A stretch of 64,000 nt of DNA. Source: Laetmonice hystrix. Taxonomy: Eukaryota. The translations under genes and the position numbers were made by a program. The first letter of the stretch is position 1. The number at the start of each line of letters is the position of its first letter. The DNA is taken from the NCBI GenBank assembly GCA_965235115.1, contig OZ249440.1, positions 9,238,001 through 9,302,000 of the forward strand, read 5' to 3'. Under the pieces are notes generated by a model, which was not told the origin of the DNA, searched no databases, and saw only the letters and a program-made list of their open reading frames with translations. Of this stretch, positions 37,501-50,650 are shown in pieces.

Positions 37501-38094
37501 TTATCTAGGTAAATATTGTTTTAAGACGAGATAAAGATGGCAGCTGTTTACCTTTATCTCCACTTCACCTTTAGAATGTTATAAATGTAAAGAAGCAAGA
37601 GCTATTTTATTATTTGTTTAACTGCCGGTTCTAAGTAAACTGCTGTCTGCAGCACTTGTATGATCCAAATACCGGCAGCATTATCTTTGGTCATTTTCAG
37701 CAAGGTTTTAAATTGGAGAACCACAACGCTGACATTTGACTTTTAATACCTTCTCTGGTTTGTAAGTGACCTATTGTAACGTGTCTAGAATTTTGATTGG
37801 AGGGCGGGAGGTTGGCACCTCCCTGTCCGACCTCGGATCTGCCGTAAGTGTCGTATAGTCGCCCTTGAACAAAGAAAGGTGTGTGTGTGTGTGTGGGGGG
37901 GGGGGGGGGTTCTGAGAAGTTGTAGGTGAGCTCTGGATATGTCCTGTGGACGGTGAGAAGACTGACCTATGGCAGTCAGGAACAATAGCCAGTCCCGCCA
38001 CCGGTAGGTAAGCTCACTGTTGACATTTTGTGGTAAGGCGACAACCTTTCCATCCTCAATCCTCATCACGAGTTGCAAGGTTTTGACGAGATTC

Positions 38095-38412
38095 AAGACG
38101 GGGAGAGTTAACCACTGATCATACCTCCACCCCGCTCCATCTAAAACAAGACGGGGAGAGTTAACCACTGATCATACCTCCACCCCGCTCCATCTAAAAC
38201 AAGACGGGGAGAGTTAACCACTGATCATACCTCCACCCCGCTCCATCTAAAACAAGACGGGGAGAGTTAACCACTGATCATACCTCCACCCCGCTCCATC
38301 TAAAACAAGACGGGGAGAGTTAACCACTGATCATACCTCCACCCCGCTCCATCTAAAACAAGACGGGGAGAGTTAACCACTGATCATACCTCCACCCCGC
38401 TCCATCTATAAA
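38095..38412. repeat. 53-bp minisatellite, 6 near-perfect copies
   Basis: AAGACGGGGAGAGTTAACCACTGATCATACCTCCACCCCGCTCCATCTAAAAC units start at 38095, 38148, 38201, 38254, 38307 and 38360. The sequence is unrelated to the 53-mer at 6858. Confidence 0.97.
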
Positions 38413-38629
38413 CAGGTGATTGGGACCTGTATTGGTGTGAGAAATCCAACTGCACCCACACATAGCGTTGTTTGTCAGCTAACATTGAGAACCTCGTCTG
38501 GATTATCACACTGCGGCAGCGTGGGAAGCCACAATGGCCGGGCCGGCCCACGGAAGGTCGGAGGGTCACTGACTTGATTCCTGCTCAAGTTTGGCGGTCG
38601 GCCGCGGCGCTGGATTGATGAAGCCACTT

Positions 38630-39040
38630 TAGGACAAGGCCACGCTTCCCGTGACGAGTGCAGTCAATCCAGCTGAGCCTTGATGTTCATGCAGGAGGTA
38701 GCCGGCCGCTGGTAAACTGAGCAATTCACAGCTGTAGTTTGACAACGGGAGAAGGCCTGAGACGACAAGATTACTAAACAGGTGATTCAAATGGGATGAG
38801 TGGCCCTTGATATTACAAGCACTCAGGTGCCCGACCAATGATTTGTACGCCTTATTTATGGGCAAAGTTAGTTTCAGGTAAATCATTACCTGCAAGTTTG
38901 TTTTTTTTCCTTTTTTTCTCGCCGTACCAAATGAGCGGTGGTGTGAGAGTAAACAGATGTAGTGGGGGCAGGCAGTTGGATGCAGGGCACGTGGCTACCT
39001 GATGGAATGCTGGAATGTAGTGGCGTGCATTAAAGAAAGC
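38630..39040 (-). mobile_element. Weak RT/RNase H relic
   Basis: AFFNARHYIPAFHQVA (38852 ORF) then KSLVGHLSACNIKGHSS (38629 ORF; cf. DLxxWxxFLxxFNGxS). Confidence 0.25.
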
Positions 39041-39299
39041 CACACCTAATTTTTTTCTTTGCCCCCCTCCCCCACTTTCCCGCTCCCTCCAGAGGAGGAG
39101 TCCATGGATTATGTAACCTTTGCGTGTTCCTGTTTCTCTGTCTCGACATAAGTTGATCTGTCGGTTGGAGACTCCGGGAGGATTGACCTACAGCTCGCCC
39201 ACCTGTGCGCAGGTATAGATCACCGGCTTTCTGAACGTACCGTGCCTCGTCATGGCGAAACGCTACACGAACCGGTCTTGTCATGATCAGGCCGAGTCG

Positions 39300-42200
39300 C
39301 ATGTAAACAGCGAAGGTCGAGAATGCGTCTGCCATATGGATCAGATCGGGTTCCAGTCGCTTTGATTCTGAGCCAGTCGTGAGGAGAGAGCCACCCACCC
39401 ACTCCCCGACCCACCCACCCTCCGACCCCCACAAGGTGTCCCGAAATGTGTGCCGAGATTACGAGCATTGTTGACGAAGCGAAGGGAGGAACCTGCCCGG
39501 TCAGGGTCGACATGGTGCATTGGAGGGTCACCTGGCTATGCCCAGGAATCCATATAGTTAATTAGGCTAAAACAAGGCTGAGAACAGGCGGGCGCCAGAC
39601 GGGGGCGCCCAAGGCACAGCCCTCAGGAGAACCGCAGCCGTCCCGCCACCTTGGCTTCGTATTAGTGAAGTTTTTGCGTGATGCCAAATGTAGCAGGAAC
39701 ATGACCATCCCGAAAAGTCTTATCAACAAGCTTAACGGATGCTGCTTGCAGGACAGACGGGCATGGCATGCAGGATGCGTCATGGAGACGACGACCTCCT
39801 CGGGAGGTATTGGAAGGCTTCCTTCCCCCTGGCTCTCCGTGTGTTTTAGTGGCGAGTGGTGCAAAAAGCACCGTTGATGCATTGGCTGAAAGATGGAGAA
39901 AACGACTGGGGGCAATTAATAAACGTAATGTAATGGATGCTTTCATGCAGAAGAATGTTTCCTCTCTGGCCCAGTGATTGGCTGGCAACTTTGACGAATT
40001 AGGGGCCGGCTGGGTGACGATTCAACTCTGGCCCAAGTTTGTGCAAGTATCGCGGATCCGGCACTTCAATAAAGCACCTAAATTTAGCGGCCATTCTGTA
40101 GGCTATTTGGAGTTATTTCAGAGGCCACTGGACTAAAATTAATCTAGGTTATGTCTCCCTTAAGGCAGGTGGTGGGGTGGCGTCAGCGCTGCCTCGTGGC
40201 CAATGGAGGTAATTTCTGTGAGAGCTTCCACCCTGTGTTCGTTGATGCACACATATTCTCATATACACGAGAACCGCCTTTGAAGCCCATTGTTGCCCTA
40301 ATGTCTTATAACAAATGGAAGCGACTGACATCATACAGGAAGGGCGACAGAGCTGCCACTGCAGGCAGGGCACTCCGGAAGGGAAGGTTCTCATCAAACA
40401 GGAAAAGCTGCTCTTTGAAGCAAAATTAGTCAGTCAGGCTCCTGGGATAATTGTCCTTGGTACCCACGGCTGTTTAACCCGCCAGGAAAAGCTACCAGTC
40501 CAGGATGCCGCTGCCTTTTTGGTCAGTTCTACCACTGCCCTTTGAGACCAAAATGGTGTCCTTTCTAGTACTGTACCTGGATGAGACACTCCTGAAATCG
40601 TTTCTCAGCCAGGATGCCTTAGCTCCTTCCCCTTCATTTTCAGCCCTTCCAGGATGGTTTCTCTCTTTCCAACCTTTCCTCCCATACCAGGATGAAGTAA
40701 GACTGGGCAAGAAATAACAGACCGATCAATGCTGCCCCTCCCCGCCCCACGGCCGTCACTATTACACCTGCCAGGCGTATCTCCGGCCAGGCATCCTAAC
40801 CAGGTTACTGGTCAGTGGCCATGAAGCCGGCCATCTGACCAGCCACTACAGCGCCGCCGCGCTGGATGGGTGGCTAGGTACTTGGCCCTGGCGCAGGAGG
40901 GAGTTGCTGGCCACTCTTGCAGAAAGCCATACTGCATCATGCCTGTTTTACCTCGGATGGAACAGTACGCATTCCGGCGAGTCTTCCCGGTAAAAGGCCA
41001 CCAGTAAATCAAAGACTGGTGCAGGGGAAAGTAGGCGATTGTGAAAAGACAGCGACTGGTATTAGATCCACCTTATTGATGGACCTCCACCCCTAAATGT
41101 GATGTCTGAATGCTGTTCCATCAGTTCATTATCCAATCAGACGGTGGAGGGGGTGGGCAGGAGGCAGGGCACGGGCGCCCCGAGTGCTGACGACAGGAAG
41201 GGCGCGGATTGGCGACCGTCCGCTCTGTGTCGTTCCCAGGAAGTCGGGATAACATTAACACAATGATGGTGAACTGAGGGGGCAGAGCGGCAAGGAAATT
41301 ACTTGCCGGGCTCTGGTGGAGAACGGTCGTTAAGACTATACACTGATGCCACATGGGGAGGGGCGGGGGATGGGGGCATATTTACCAGGTGAAGAGGAGG
41401 GGGATCCCGGTTTTCATTGGGATGCCCGCCCAGCATCTTCTGCACCTTTTCAAGAGGGTGCGCCTTCCCTGGCTTGTAGAGGGGGCGGCTTCCGCGGAAG
41501 TCTTGCCGCAGTCAATGGGAGTCATTGAATGGTGCTCAAGAATGGATGAAAAAGCATGCAATAAGAGCAATGCTTGGGTGGAGATTTCCCTCCGCAAGTC
41601 GTTTAATGGTGCCATTAGATGGCGAGTTGAAGAGACACTGTGCGGCAAGGGCCCGATCAGGGACGGCCTATCGGGGACAGGAGGCGCACTGCCAGGCTCC
41701 GCACAGACCCCGGCAACGGTCACCACGCCAGGATAAGCAAATAAAGCCGCTGGGGCCTCAATCCTTATTTTTACAACATCGCTGCTCTCAGTCTTAACGG
41801 CCATGGAATGGCTGCTTGAATGGAGGGCGGGAGGGACCGGGGATTGAGGGGCCGGGGATGGAGGGGCCGGGCAGATGGAGCGGTGGGAGCCGGAGGAGCA
41901 TGTTGTCTGGCGCCGGGCCCCAAGATTGATGATCTCCGGGGCGGCGACACCACAGCCGGCCCTTGTGATCTGATCGGCGGCAGCAACAAGAGAACGCCTA
42001 CTGGTAAATGGCACTGCTTCTCTTCAGGTAACGATAATACACCTTCCTGCCTGCATCAGCCGCCACTTAGATCACATTGTCGGAGGGGGAGAGGCCCCGG
42101 CAAACAGCAGTAACTATACGTCACCACCGCCTGCCTGTCTCTAGCTAACCCCTGGCGGTGGCAGTATGCGGCGGCACGGGACAGGAAGGTGGCACGGGTG

Positions 42201-42770
42201 AAGTGGTCGGCAAGCCGCCGCTGTCGCCATTGATCAAGTTGACTGGCTTGATAGGCTCAGCCTCAGATGAGGCGTACCTTCTTTGGGAGGTGTTTTGATG
42301 GGAAGCGCATTAAGGAAAACTGCTGGCTTCAATGTCAGGATATCTGAGAGCGTAGAAGAAAACAATTGCATTAAGGCTGACCGAAGCTGATTTGACGGTA
42401 ACCTAGGTTTTAATGGGTCACCGGCTCAGGCCGTGGCCCCCGTTCAACCTGGCCCGCCGATCGGCCCGCGCTTAATCTCGACGTGAAAGGAAGAGAAAGA
42501 TGGAAAGGATAAAGACGTGTCCACATGACTGTCCGCTGCTAAAGGTGATCTATGGCGCAACGCAAGGCCATTGGCCGCGGGCAGTGGAGGCAAAATATTG
42601 TCAGGTAATGTGCCAAGCCACGGGAGACTCGGCACACGGCCGCCAGGTCCCATGTGGGGTGTAGCACAAAGGATCACATCTCTCCGCCCTTCATGCCGAC
42701 CCCCAGTCTGGCCGGAATAAATGATCACTGACATTGTCATACATTGGGATGATGGGGACCCCAACATCCG
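39300..42770 (-). mobile_element. Decayed near-full-length Ngaro-type element (RT > RNase H > YR), the best colinear copy
   Basis: Minus-strand order: VEIKRGPIGGP (42444 ORF); ALPIKTPPKEGTPHLRLSLS (~42290); AAADQITRAGCG..MAVKTESSDVVKI..LPHSVSST..LLHAFSSIL..CWAGIP (210-aa ORF 41382-42014); SRLPGND; FWSQRAVVELTKK 40559-40503 (cf. FxCDNxAVVxxIN); IIPGA; LATKTHG (cf. SKTD); MPCPSVL; GHSQVTLQ 39543 (cf. GHSFRIG); DAFSTFAVYMRL (cf. SDAFxxYIR, catalytic Tyr). Confidence 0.6.
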
Positions 42771-42899
42771 TCAGTGGTGGTGGGGGGAGGGGTGGGGGGG
42801 GGGGGAGGGGTTAGGGGGAGGTGGGCCCCCTCATTGCCTGACGTGGATCTGCGCTCAGCAAACAGTGGCCAATGGATGGGACAACTCCAAGCATCCAAG

Positions 42900-44150
42900 G
42901 GGCCCGGACACGGTGGCCTGCTAGTTTTTCCAGCGATGACCAATTTGATAGAGAAAAGCCTGAGTGGAATGCCAGTATTCGTCGTCAGGCTGATCTCTGT
43001 GTGGGGAAGGTGGGGGAGGAGGAGGGGGGATCAGGCTGGGGGGAGGAGGGGTCAGGGGGTTCTTTCTGTAGACATAACCCAGTTCTGACAACGTTCATGA
43101 CCAATGACAGACACCCTGGCAGCAGTACCAGCTGCACTCAAATCTGACTCCCGACCCCAGCCTTGCCGGAGAGTATCCGACATTAACAGTTTGTCATCTG
43201 ACGCCAACTGAAGCCTGGGCCAGGGCCAGCCCGGACAGGCTGCAGTACGTCGGTAGGAGACAGTGGAGTTTGACGGCACGTCACCGTCCAGTCAGGCCGA
43301 AAACAAAGGCAGCGAATGACAGCGTGTTCCTGCGATGTCTGCCTGTCGAAATATCATCTAATGGGCGCAGCGGCGAGGTCATGTTTGCTCAATTGATCGG
43401 CTATTTTGGCCTGGGCGGGCGCCGGGCACGCGGGGCCTGGCGCAGCCGGCTGTAAGGTGGGGTTGGGGGGTTGGGGGGGGGGGGGGTCGATGATCGCGAC
43501 ACTTTGGCTGGGATCAGGTGGACAGTTGAGGGTGTGGCCAAGGCCTCATACCCTCAACCATGACGCCAGCTCGCCCTCCTCGTACTACTACTGCTGCCCA
43601 CTCGTCCTCCCAAGGTCACTCCTAACCCCTCAAACTTTAAACACATTCTTTCATGGACAATCACGCTCAGGATTCCATGGTTTCCATGGAAACTCAACGT
43701 CCATAGCGCTCCTTTCTTATTTAAGTAAACAGTTGCTAATACGTCTATTCTTTTTTTTCTCCGCCTCCCCATGGCCCCAACTGTGTGGTTCATGGCAATG
43801 GTGAGACTAAATGATGAGGTGGGTTTCGGTATAGGATGGTGTGAATGGGATGATGATGTTTGGGTCCGACTGGTGTGTGTGTGTGGGGGGGGGGGGGGGT
43901 GTCGGGTGGGGGTGGGCTGGGGGGGGTGAGGACAAGTAGAGTGAGCAGCCCCCCCCCCCCCCCCCACTCCCGACAACAGCAGCCATTTTGGAGCCTCGTA
44001 CACCACTAATCAAATACTCGCACCTCGGCGGCCATTCGCTCCTGCCCAGCAACATGCTTTCGCCATCATTGTGGGAAGGCCAGCATGTCGCTATTGTCTC
44101 GATCACTGCATGGTCCAGAGGAATCCATGCAGCAATGACACCAGGGCCGG
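42900..44150 (+). mobile_element. Tyrosine recombinase relic
   Basis: NDSVFLRC..NGRSGEV (43270 ORF; box I RxGE), SIALLSYLSKQ..LFFF (43406 ORF; cf. PVxALxxYL..LF), GGHSLL..ITAWSRG from 44027 (cf. GHSxRxG..GRWxS). Confidence 0.45.
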
Positions 44151-44629
44151 CTCCCCAACAATGAGGGGTGAGGTAGGCACTGCAGGCAATGTGGTTGGTG
44201 GGGGGAGGAACACGGGAAACCTTATTAATGACCACTCGGCTTAGATCTGTTTTCATTAACATTGGCACCTGTTGAGACCGAGTTCGTTCGTTCGTTCTGC
44301 CCGCCCAGACCCTGCACGCCGAGTGGCCGGTAGGGCGATGACAATGGTTGGTCACATGATTGCTAGGCTCTCCGTCCCTGTGGACCAGTCCTGTTCTCTG
44401 GTTTCCCAACAATAATCCTAAGTGGCCGACTGAACGACTCGCCCCCCACTGCCCCCGCCACCAGCTTCTCTTAGCCTAATAACTCCATCGCCTGGAAGCA
44501 TCCAGGCGGCCAGGCTTGAGGAAGCTTAACTTTTGCCGGGGAGATTAGCCTGAGAAACAAGGGGGACAAGGGGAGGGGGTGGTAGCTGTGCTGTAATCCC
44601 GACAAAATGGATCTCGGCAACTTGGTTAA

Positions 44630-47450
44630 TATTGACGGTCTTATTGGCCACTGTCCCAGTTGAACGCACGTGTTTGAGCAAAGGTGTTTGCTTTCTCCAC
44701 GACCGATCAGAGCAGCTAATTGCGTCGTTTTGGGACAGCCGTGTGTATCTCTACATGGGTTGTGCGGACAAGGACCCCCTCCGCCCCCAACCAACCAACC
44801 AACCTTGGGCAACTCGCTGCATGCTGGTAATTCTAATGAAAGGCCTCAGTGGCCAGGCGGAATATGATAACCTGGTGTGGAAAGCAGCCGACCAGAACTT
44901 GTGCTGGAACAACCCAAGTGCCTGCAGCGTTTTCAGGCAGCGCGCGCCAAGCACGGCCAATTTCTGGTGTGCTGCTTGCCGGTGTTTGCTCATTGGCTCC
45001 GTCAATGTTAGTCGAGGCAGCAGCCATATGGGAAGCACTGGACATTGAAGGGGAGAAGACATTGCCTGCCTCCTCTGCCTCCACCGAGCTCTCCAACACT
45101 GAGGATGAGCATCGAATACCGTGTAATGTTTCCACGTCGGGGTCCCTGGTCCAACAAGATGTCCATGGGACCAGCCAAGCTGACCGCCAACTTGAGATGG
45201 GGGTGGGGGGTGGGGGTGGGGCGGGGGAGCCAGAACTGGCAATGTAAACATCAAACCTCTATTTGTCCCGCCCTCAAAACAGGTCAAACATGCAAGGACA
45301 AATTGGTCCCATCGTGCTCTGTGTTTAGAAAGCTTCGCCTGCAACATTCTTGATTGAACGTGTGCTAACCACTTACACCCCACCCCACCCCACCCCACCC
45401 CACCCCACCCCACCCCACCCCACCCCACCCCACCCACACCCAGGTTCGGACACTATTAAAATATCACGTGCTGTAGACCCAACTGGCAAAAGCGAATTCA
45501 TGCAACAATTTTGCAAGAAGAACAAAGATTGTCAGATCGCATGTTGCTGCATGTCCAGGCCGTATTACAGCAGCACTGTCATAAAAACATGAATAGTGAA
45601 CGCACTGGCTCACTCGCCTCCAGATCGTGAACACAGCTGTCTTTAGGCTAGGAATTCCACCCCATCGTCTGTTTGGTAGCAGACAGGCAGACAGTTGCCA
45701 CATGCATGCAATACAAATATACAACATTGCCGCTATTACACGTCAATGACGGCTGGTTTGTCGGGATATTGTTATCCACAGTGTATGGTTTCGGAACATG
45801 CTGGTGTACTATTAGACGCCCTTGGTCGTGAAATTGTAAGTCTGCTCACTGCCATTATGACATTGTATGGGGCGGACCCAGTCTTATAACATTGGAATTG
45901 GCAGGTGTGTCAGGCTCATAACGCTCGATCTGACAGGTATGCATGTAGAATGACATTGTAACAGTGTGGCGTTTTAGTATGATATTGGGACTGACTGGTA
46001 GGGCAGAGAGAAAACAACTTTCTACAGGTGTGGCCACTGCTGTTTACATCATGACGGCCTAAAGAGTTCACACAATGTACCTGTGATGACGTTATGTAAG
46101 GTGCCCGGCCCACGGCCTTGGCCTAGTCGTACCATGGCTCAGTTCCCGGAGTTGGTGGCTGTATTTTGGTTGACCTTATAGAGCATAGCAAGGTCACGGC
46201 GAGCGGTGCCGGTATGTCCTTGGCTAAATGAGCCTTCATTCGTTTCTTGCTACTCGAGAACCAAGCGACGGATAGTGCTAAGTGGAGGAATGCAAGTCTT
46301 GGGTACGGCATAGAGATGAACCCATGTGTGGTTGTAAGTCCTTGTGATATATCATCTGTGTACCATCATGTGAACTATTACCAAGGCCATGCTCTACATG
46401 GATATATATCCTACGCCTACTGAGCAGGACTGGTAACCGACAGCTGCCATCTGCTTTGTCATCTGTAATTTACACAACTGACCTTCATACCTGTAACTTG
46501 GGAAGCTAGCCTTCATACCTGTAACTTACACAGCTGGCCTGTTTTAAAGTAGTACATGGCTCTAATGCCGAACATAATTCAAAACATTTATATCAGCTCA
46601 TGCATAAAAACTGGTAGAAAATAATAATAAAGAAAAGGAGCAGAACTGATCATGTTGGATTTAAACTGGGGCAAGATGTATGGAGAGTAGTGGTGACGAA
46701 ATATGACAAGGTTAGGTCGGCTAGGTTTGTTTGGTTGTCACTTTCGACCAGGAGTCAGGCAGCGTTGGCAGTTTACAGTAAACATGTTGTGTTGCGTCCG
46801 CTCCCATTTACTTGAAATGGATCAGCACCATTTACTGTGAAAAAAAGAGAGTTCGGTACAAAGGTCTGTACCATTTGCTGCAGAAGTGGCGGCAGGATTT
46901 GCTGCGTGAGGGTAACGGTTCGGAGAAAGGTTGAAAGGAAACACAGCCACCATGTTCAATGTCATCTCTTCTGACAGCCTGGCGTCGTCGCGCAAGAAAT
47001 TAGTGCGAAAATAAATGTCTGCAGTCCCGAGTTCTAGTGTTTGGCGTTTCCTGGAAGCGGCACTTTTGCCAAATTTCATGTAAGAACCTTTGAAGCCAGC
47101 GATGACTCTGTCGAGCTTTGTTCATTAATAAATGGCAAATTCATGGCCATAGAGAATTACGGAGCTCAAAATGACATTACAATATTGGACACCAGAAATT
47201 CATTGCCACCCCAAAAAAAGGACAGATATTAATTTTGTTGAGTTTGATTGGGATCAGTGGAAGTTTTTTTGGATTACTGTGGGACACATTTCTCATCGTT
47301 CTTCCATGCTGCATAACGAATGAGGATAATGGGGCAATTGAAATTATTTTCCACATAGATAAGGTGGAGATTTGGGGAATCCGTCAAAATTTTAAGATTG
47401 TCAGGGACATTTTTTTCAGATAGCAGGGAAAACCCTTTCAGCAAAGTTCA
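44630..47450 (+). mobile_element. Decayed Ngaro-type element (RT > YR)
   Basis: ATVPVERTC..LHDRSEQLIASF..YLYMG..IGSVNVS (44632 ORF; cf. TPV..HPD..GF..SVN), MSIEYRVMFP..NWQCK..ICP (45045 ORF), TAGLSGYCYPQCMV..GVLL (45695 ORF), RLKGNTATMFNVIS (~46925), GSFFGLLWDT (47235 ORF; box I). Confidence 0.5.
45377..45435. repeat. (CCCCA)n pentanucleotide repeat, ~11 copies
   Basis: Directly visible. It reads (TGGGG)n on the minus strand. Confidence 0.95.
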
Positions 47451-47499
47451 TATTTTGCCAATTTCCAAATAGCTGACGGTTTTAGCAATGCTTGGCTGT

Positions 47500-48740
47500 A
47501 ATTGTCCTATTGGAAATGGAGCTTGTTTTCCCCAAGTGAGTGATTGTTCCTAGGTTCTATCAGTCGAGGCGGGACGAGTCGTCAAGGATGAAACCCTACC
47601 TGGTGCCCGCTTTCAGAGAGACGCATGCACGTCAAGGATAATTTGTCGTAAATGGATCTTTATTTGCTGAATTGGGAGTATGCTGGTATTGAGTGAGAAC
47701 TTCGTAGGCATCAATTGTGAAAACCGACATTATAAAGAGACAAAACTTCAGGGGGTGAATCTGTCACTTTAGTAGGGTGAGACATTTTGTGATCGGGCCG
47801 TTCCTAATCAGGTTGCATACACGGTGTCGGACCCATCCATTGGTTACTAGGGGAAGAAGGTCATTCTCAATTACTAACAGGGCCATTTTAACCATTATCA
47901 ATAAGGTTTGAAAGGGAGAGATATTGACCGCAGTCGACCCCAGTCCAGACGTTTTGACACGATAAAAAAAGACAGGTTTGTTCTGTGGATGCGAACCCCT
48001 CCCTGACTAGTGGGACAGAGGGAGCTGGCACGGTTTGCGGAACCATCCGAGAAGATTATGGGATTCACAAAAATGTCTGAGGCAATATAACGCAGCTTAG
48101 GTAGAGGTAAAGTTTCGGGTCAGCTGGAATGCAGTAATCCAGTAATGCTCTCAAATGCCAGGACTTGAGGCCAGCAGCAAACTGATCTGGTCTCCCGGAC
48201 AATTCTGTAGGGGGTCCATCCCCTAGAGAATTGTCTGAGCTCCGACTGTTGGTGTGGGTGTTTGTCTAGGATTGTGTGTGGAAGACGTCCGAAGATCTGG
48301 GTTATTGACTCGGTTGCTTGTTTGAATGGACGCAGCCGTCTTATGTTGAAGATACACGTTCCTTTTTTCATTGGAATCCTCACGTTTTCTTGGGATGGTG
48401 CAGATGATATTTTGAAATTGGTTTCAATGCGATAGTTGGAATGACTGTACTGCTAAGGGACCCTGAGTGTCGTGTTCAGGGCAGGAGGGATTGCATGGCT
48501 GGGCCTTGCCATCAAGAACAAGATGCCAACGTGCGACAGCTGCGTATTTATAAGACAGACAGCAGATGCCCTTTTTAAACAGCCAGCAGTCTTACTGCTA
48601 CGGTTCCGATACAAACCGATAAAAAACATGTTAGTTATGAGAGTAGCCCCATGGATCTGTCCCCAGTTAACCAGGACCGAGCGGCTAGGCGGTCCCGGTC
48701 CTGGTCCCTCCACATGGTCACGACCATGGCTGTAACTTTG
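47500..48740 (-). mobile_element. YR retrotransposon RT relic
   Basis: LITNMFFIGLY..KRASAV (48453 ORF), QGPLAVQSF..ICTIPRKREDSNEKR (cf. GPF..VPKK..KxRxI), GFILDD..RTITAK (~47600). Confidence 0.4.
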
Positions 48741-48899
48741 CCGTGATGAATGTCACAGCCCTGCCCTCTTGTTTGCCTACACGCCTGTCTCGGTTCTATG
48801 AAATGTAGGGCCAATCGTTAATATTTTAGGTGCTTGTAATAATGACTTGCCGAGAAACAATATGCACAGGAACAGTGGCCGACCAACAATTGCAACAGG

Positions 48900-50650
48900 A
48901 CCCGTGGATGGTGCAGCTAGCCACTCTGTGGTGGCATGAAGGATGAAGGGAAGCCGAGTTGCGATGGCCTGGCCTGTCTACTGATGGCTGGGGTTCGATA
49001 GACTGCCCCTATGACAAATGGGGTGTTAGCTAATGCAAGAAATGGTCTCCTAAGTATAAACCGTTCCCCAAATGTCGCCTCCTCATTTGGAGGGTCGTAT
49101 AAACTAGATCTGTTGGGGCGCTCGATGGTTATATCGTTCGTGTGATCGAAGGTCCTCACACCGCCCGGCTGAAGAGGGTTGAATGCGGTGTCGTTGGCAG
49201 GAGAGGAGCGAATTTGAAAGGAATGTTACCATGAGAGGAAAAAATGAGGAGGGTGAGAGAGCAGGCGGGCTGTGATATGATAAATGAGGATCTCCGAATA
49301 TCCAGATAAAGGTAATCTATTCTCGGACTGGCAGGAGGTGGGAGGGACCCCAGCTGATGAGATGCAGTGACAGTGGATGGTTGGTATACTATAGGTCTCT
49401 ACGTGTGCATGCGACATCAGACCCGGAATCCATGCACATGTAGCGCATCTAGCATCCTCCCCCTCCCCCTCCCGTCCCCCCGCCAAAAAAACCCCTACCG
49501 CTGCCGACATAGCACATGCTAATTTGCGTGATGCACAGCGGTAGGAAGGACCCTGTGGAAGCCAACGCGAGCCCATGACAGGAAAATGTTACGGGCATTG
49601 TCAAGAGTAATGGGCAAAACTGCCACGGGCACTTTGAGTCATTATCGCCATTTCCTCCCTGTTTAAAAGTACTCGACTACATATGATTTAAGGTCGGTGC
49701 TTTCCATATCGGCGGGAGATGTCAAAAGCATCAGCACCAGACGGCTGGCGCGGGTGGAGTGTGGGGGGTGGGGGGGGGGGGATGGGGGTGGGGGGTGGGG
49801 GTGGGGTGCTAATCGTGAACGAGTAAGGGCAATGCGCCCTCCCATGTCATTTTGTAATTGAATATGAAGTATTGCGTTCCTCTCAATGTCCCTGCATTGT
49901 GCCAGTGGCGGGTAGAAATACACGACGCGGAGAGATTTCCCCTCATGTAGAACTCAGGCGCCTGTGACATCACCCATGGATGACTGTATGGGTTGAAAAG
50001 GACTGAATTTATCACTGAAGGGGGTATAGTAACAACAGTATTAGTACAGTAACAACAGTATAGTAGTACAGTAACAACAGAAGTTGTACCAGCGTTCGTT
50101 CCACAACATGATGGGTGAATGCCGGGGACGCGAAGTTCCAGACATCCATGGCCGACGGCTTACACACGAGGCTGACACGGGATATGGAAACTGATCCCTT
50201 CCCATAATGCTCGGCACTAATTTCCTGCCGCTGATTGGTGGGTTTTGTCACGGGGGAGCAGTGCAGCGGTTGGTTGGGGATGGAGGGCGCTCGGCGGCCA
50301 CTTGGCAAGCGGCCAGCGCCGAGTGCACGTGGAATGACACAACCGTAAACGGGAGGTCTTCTCTGGAATAGGCAAACAAGGGTTATAGACAGAATGGAAT
50401 CGGGCCCCAACAAAACTGTTTTAACCATCGCTTGAAGTCAAGTGCAATTTTCAAGTTTACTTGATTCGAAGCCAAAAGTGGGCAGAGTCGACGAATCGTT
50501 TTATGATGTCCGTGCATAATTGAAGAGTTTTGCAGGCGTCTTTATTGATTGGTGGCGTGGAGCATGAGTAAATGATGAACTGCTAACTGAACATCTGCTG
50601 CCTCATCCCCGACAAAATGTGTGCCACATTTCAGGACGGACATCTTCCAT
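48900..50650 (-). mobile_element. Ngaro-type relic (RT end > RNase H > YR)
   Basis: THFVGDEA (~50620), GCVIPRALGAGRL..AMDVWNF (50012 ORF), RNAILHIQLQND..RLVLMLL (49663 ORF), QGGNGDND (cf. GxxNxxAD), QSENRLPLS (49226 ORF; cf. RLPIT), TFDHTNDITI (48917 ORF). Confidence 0.45.
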
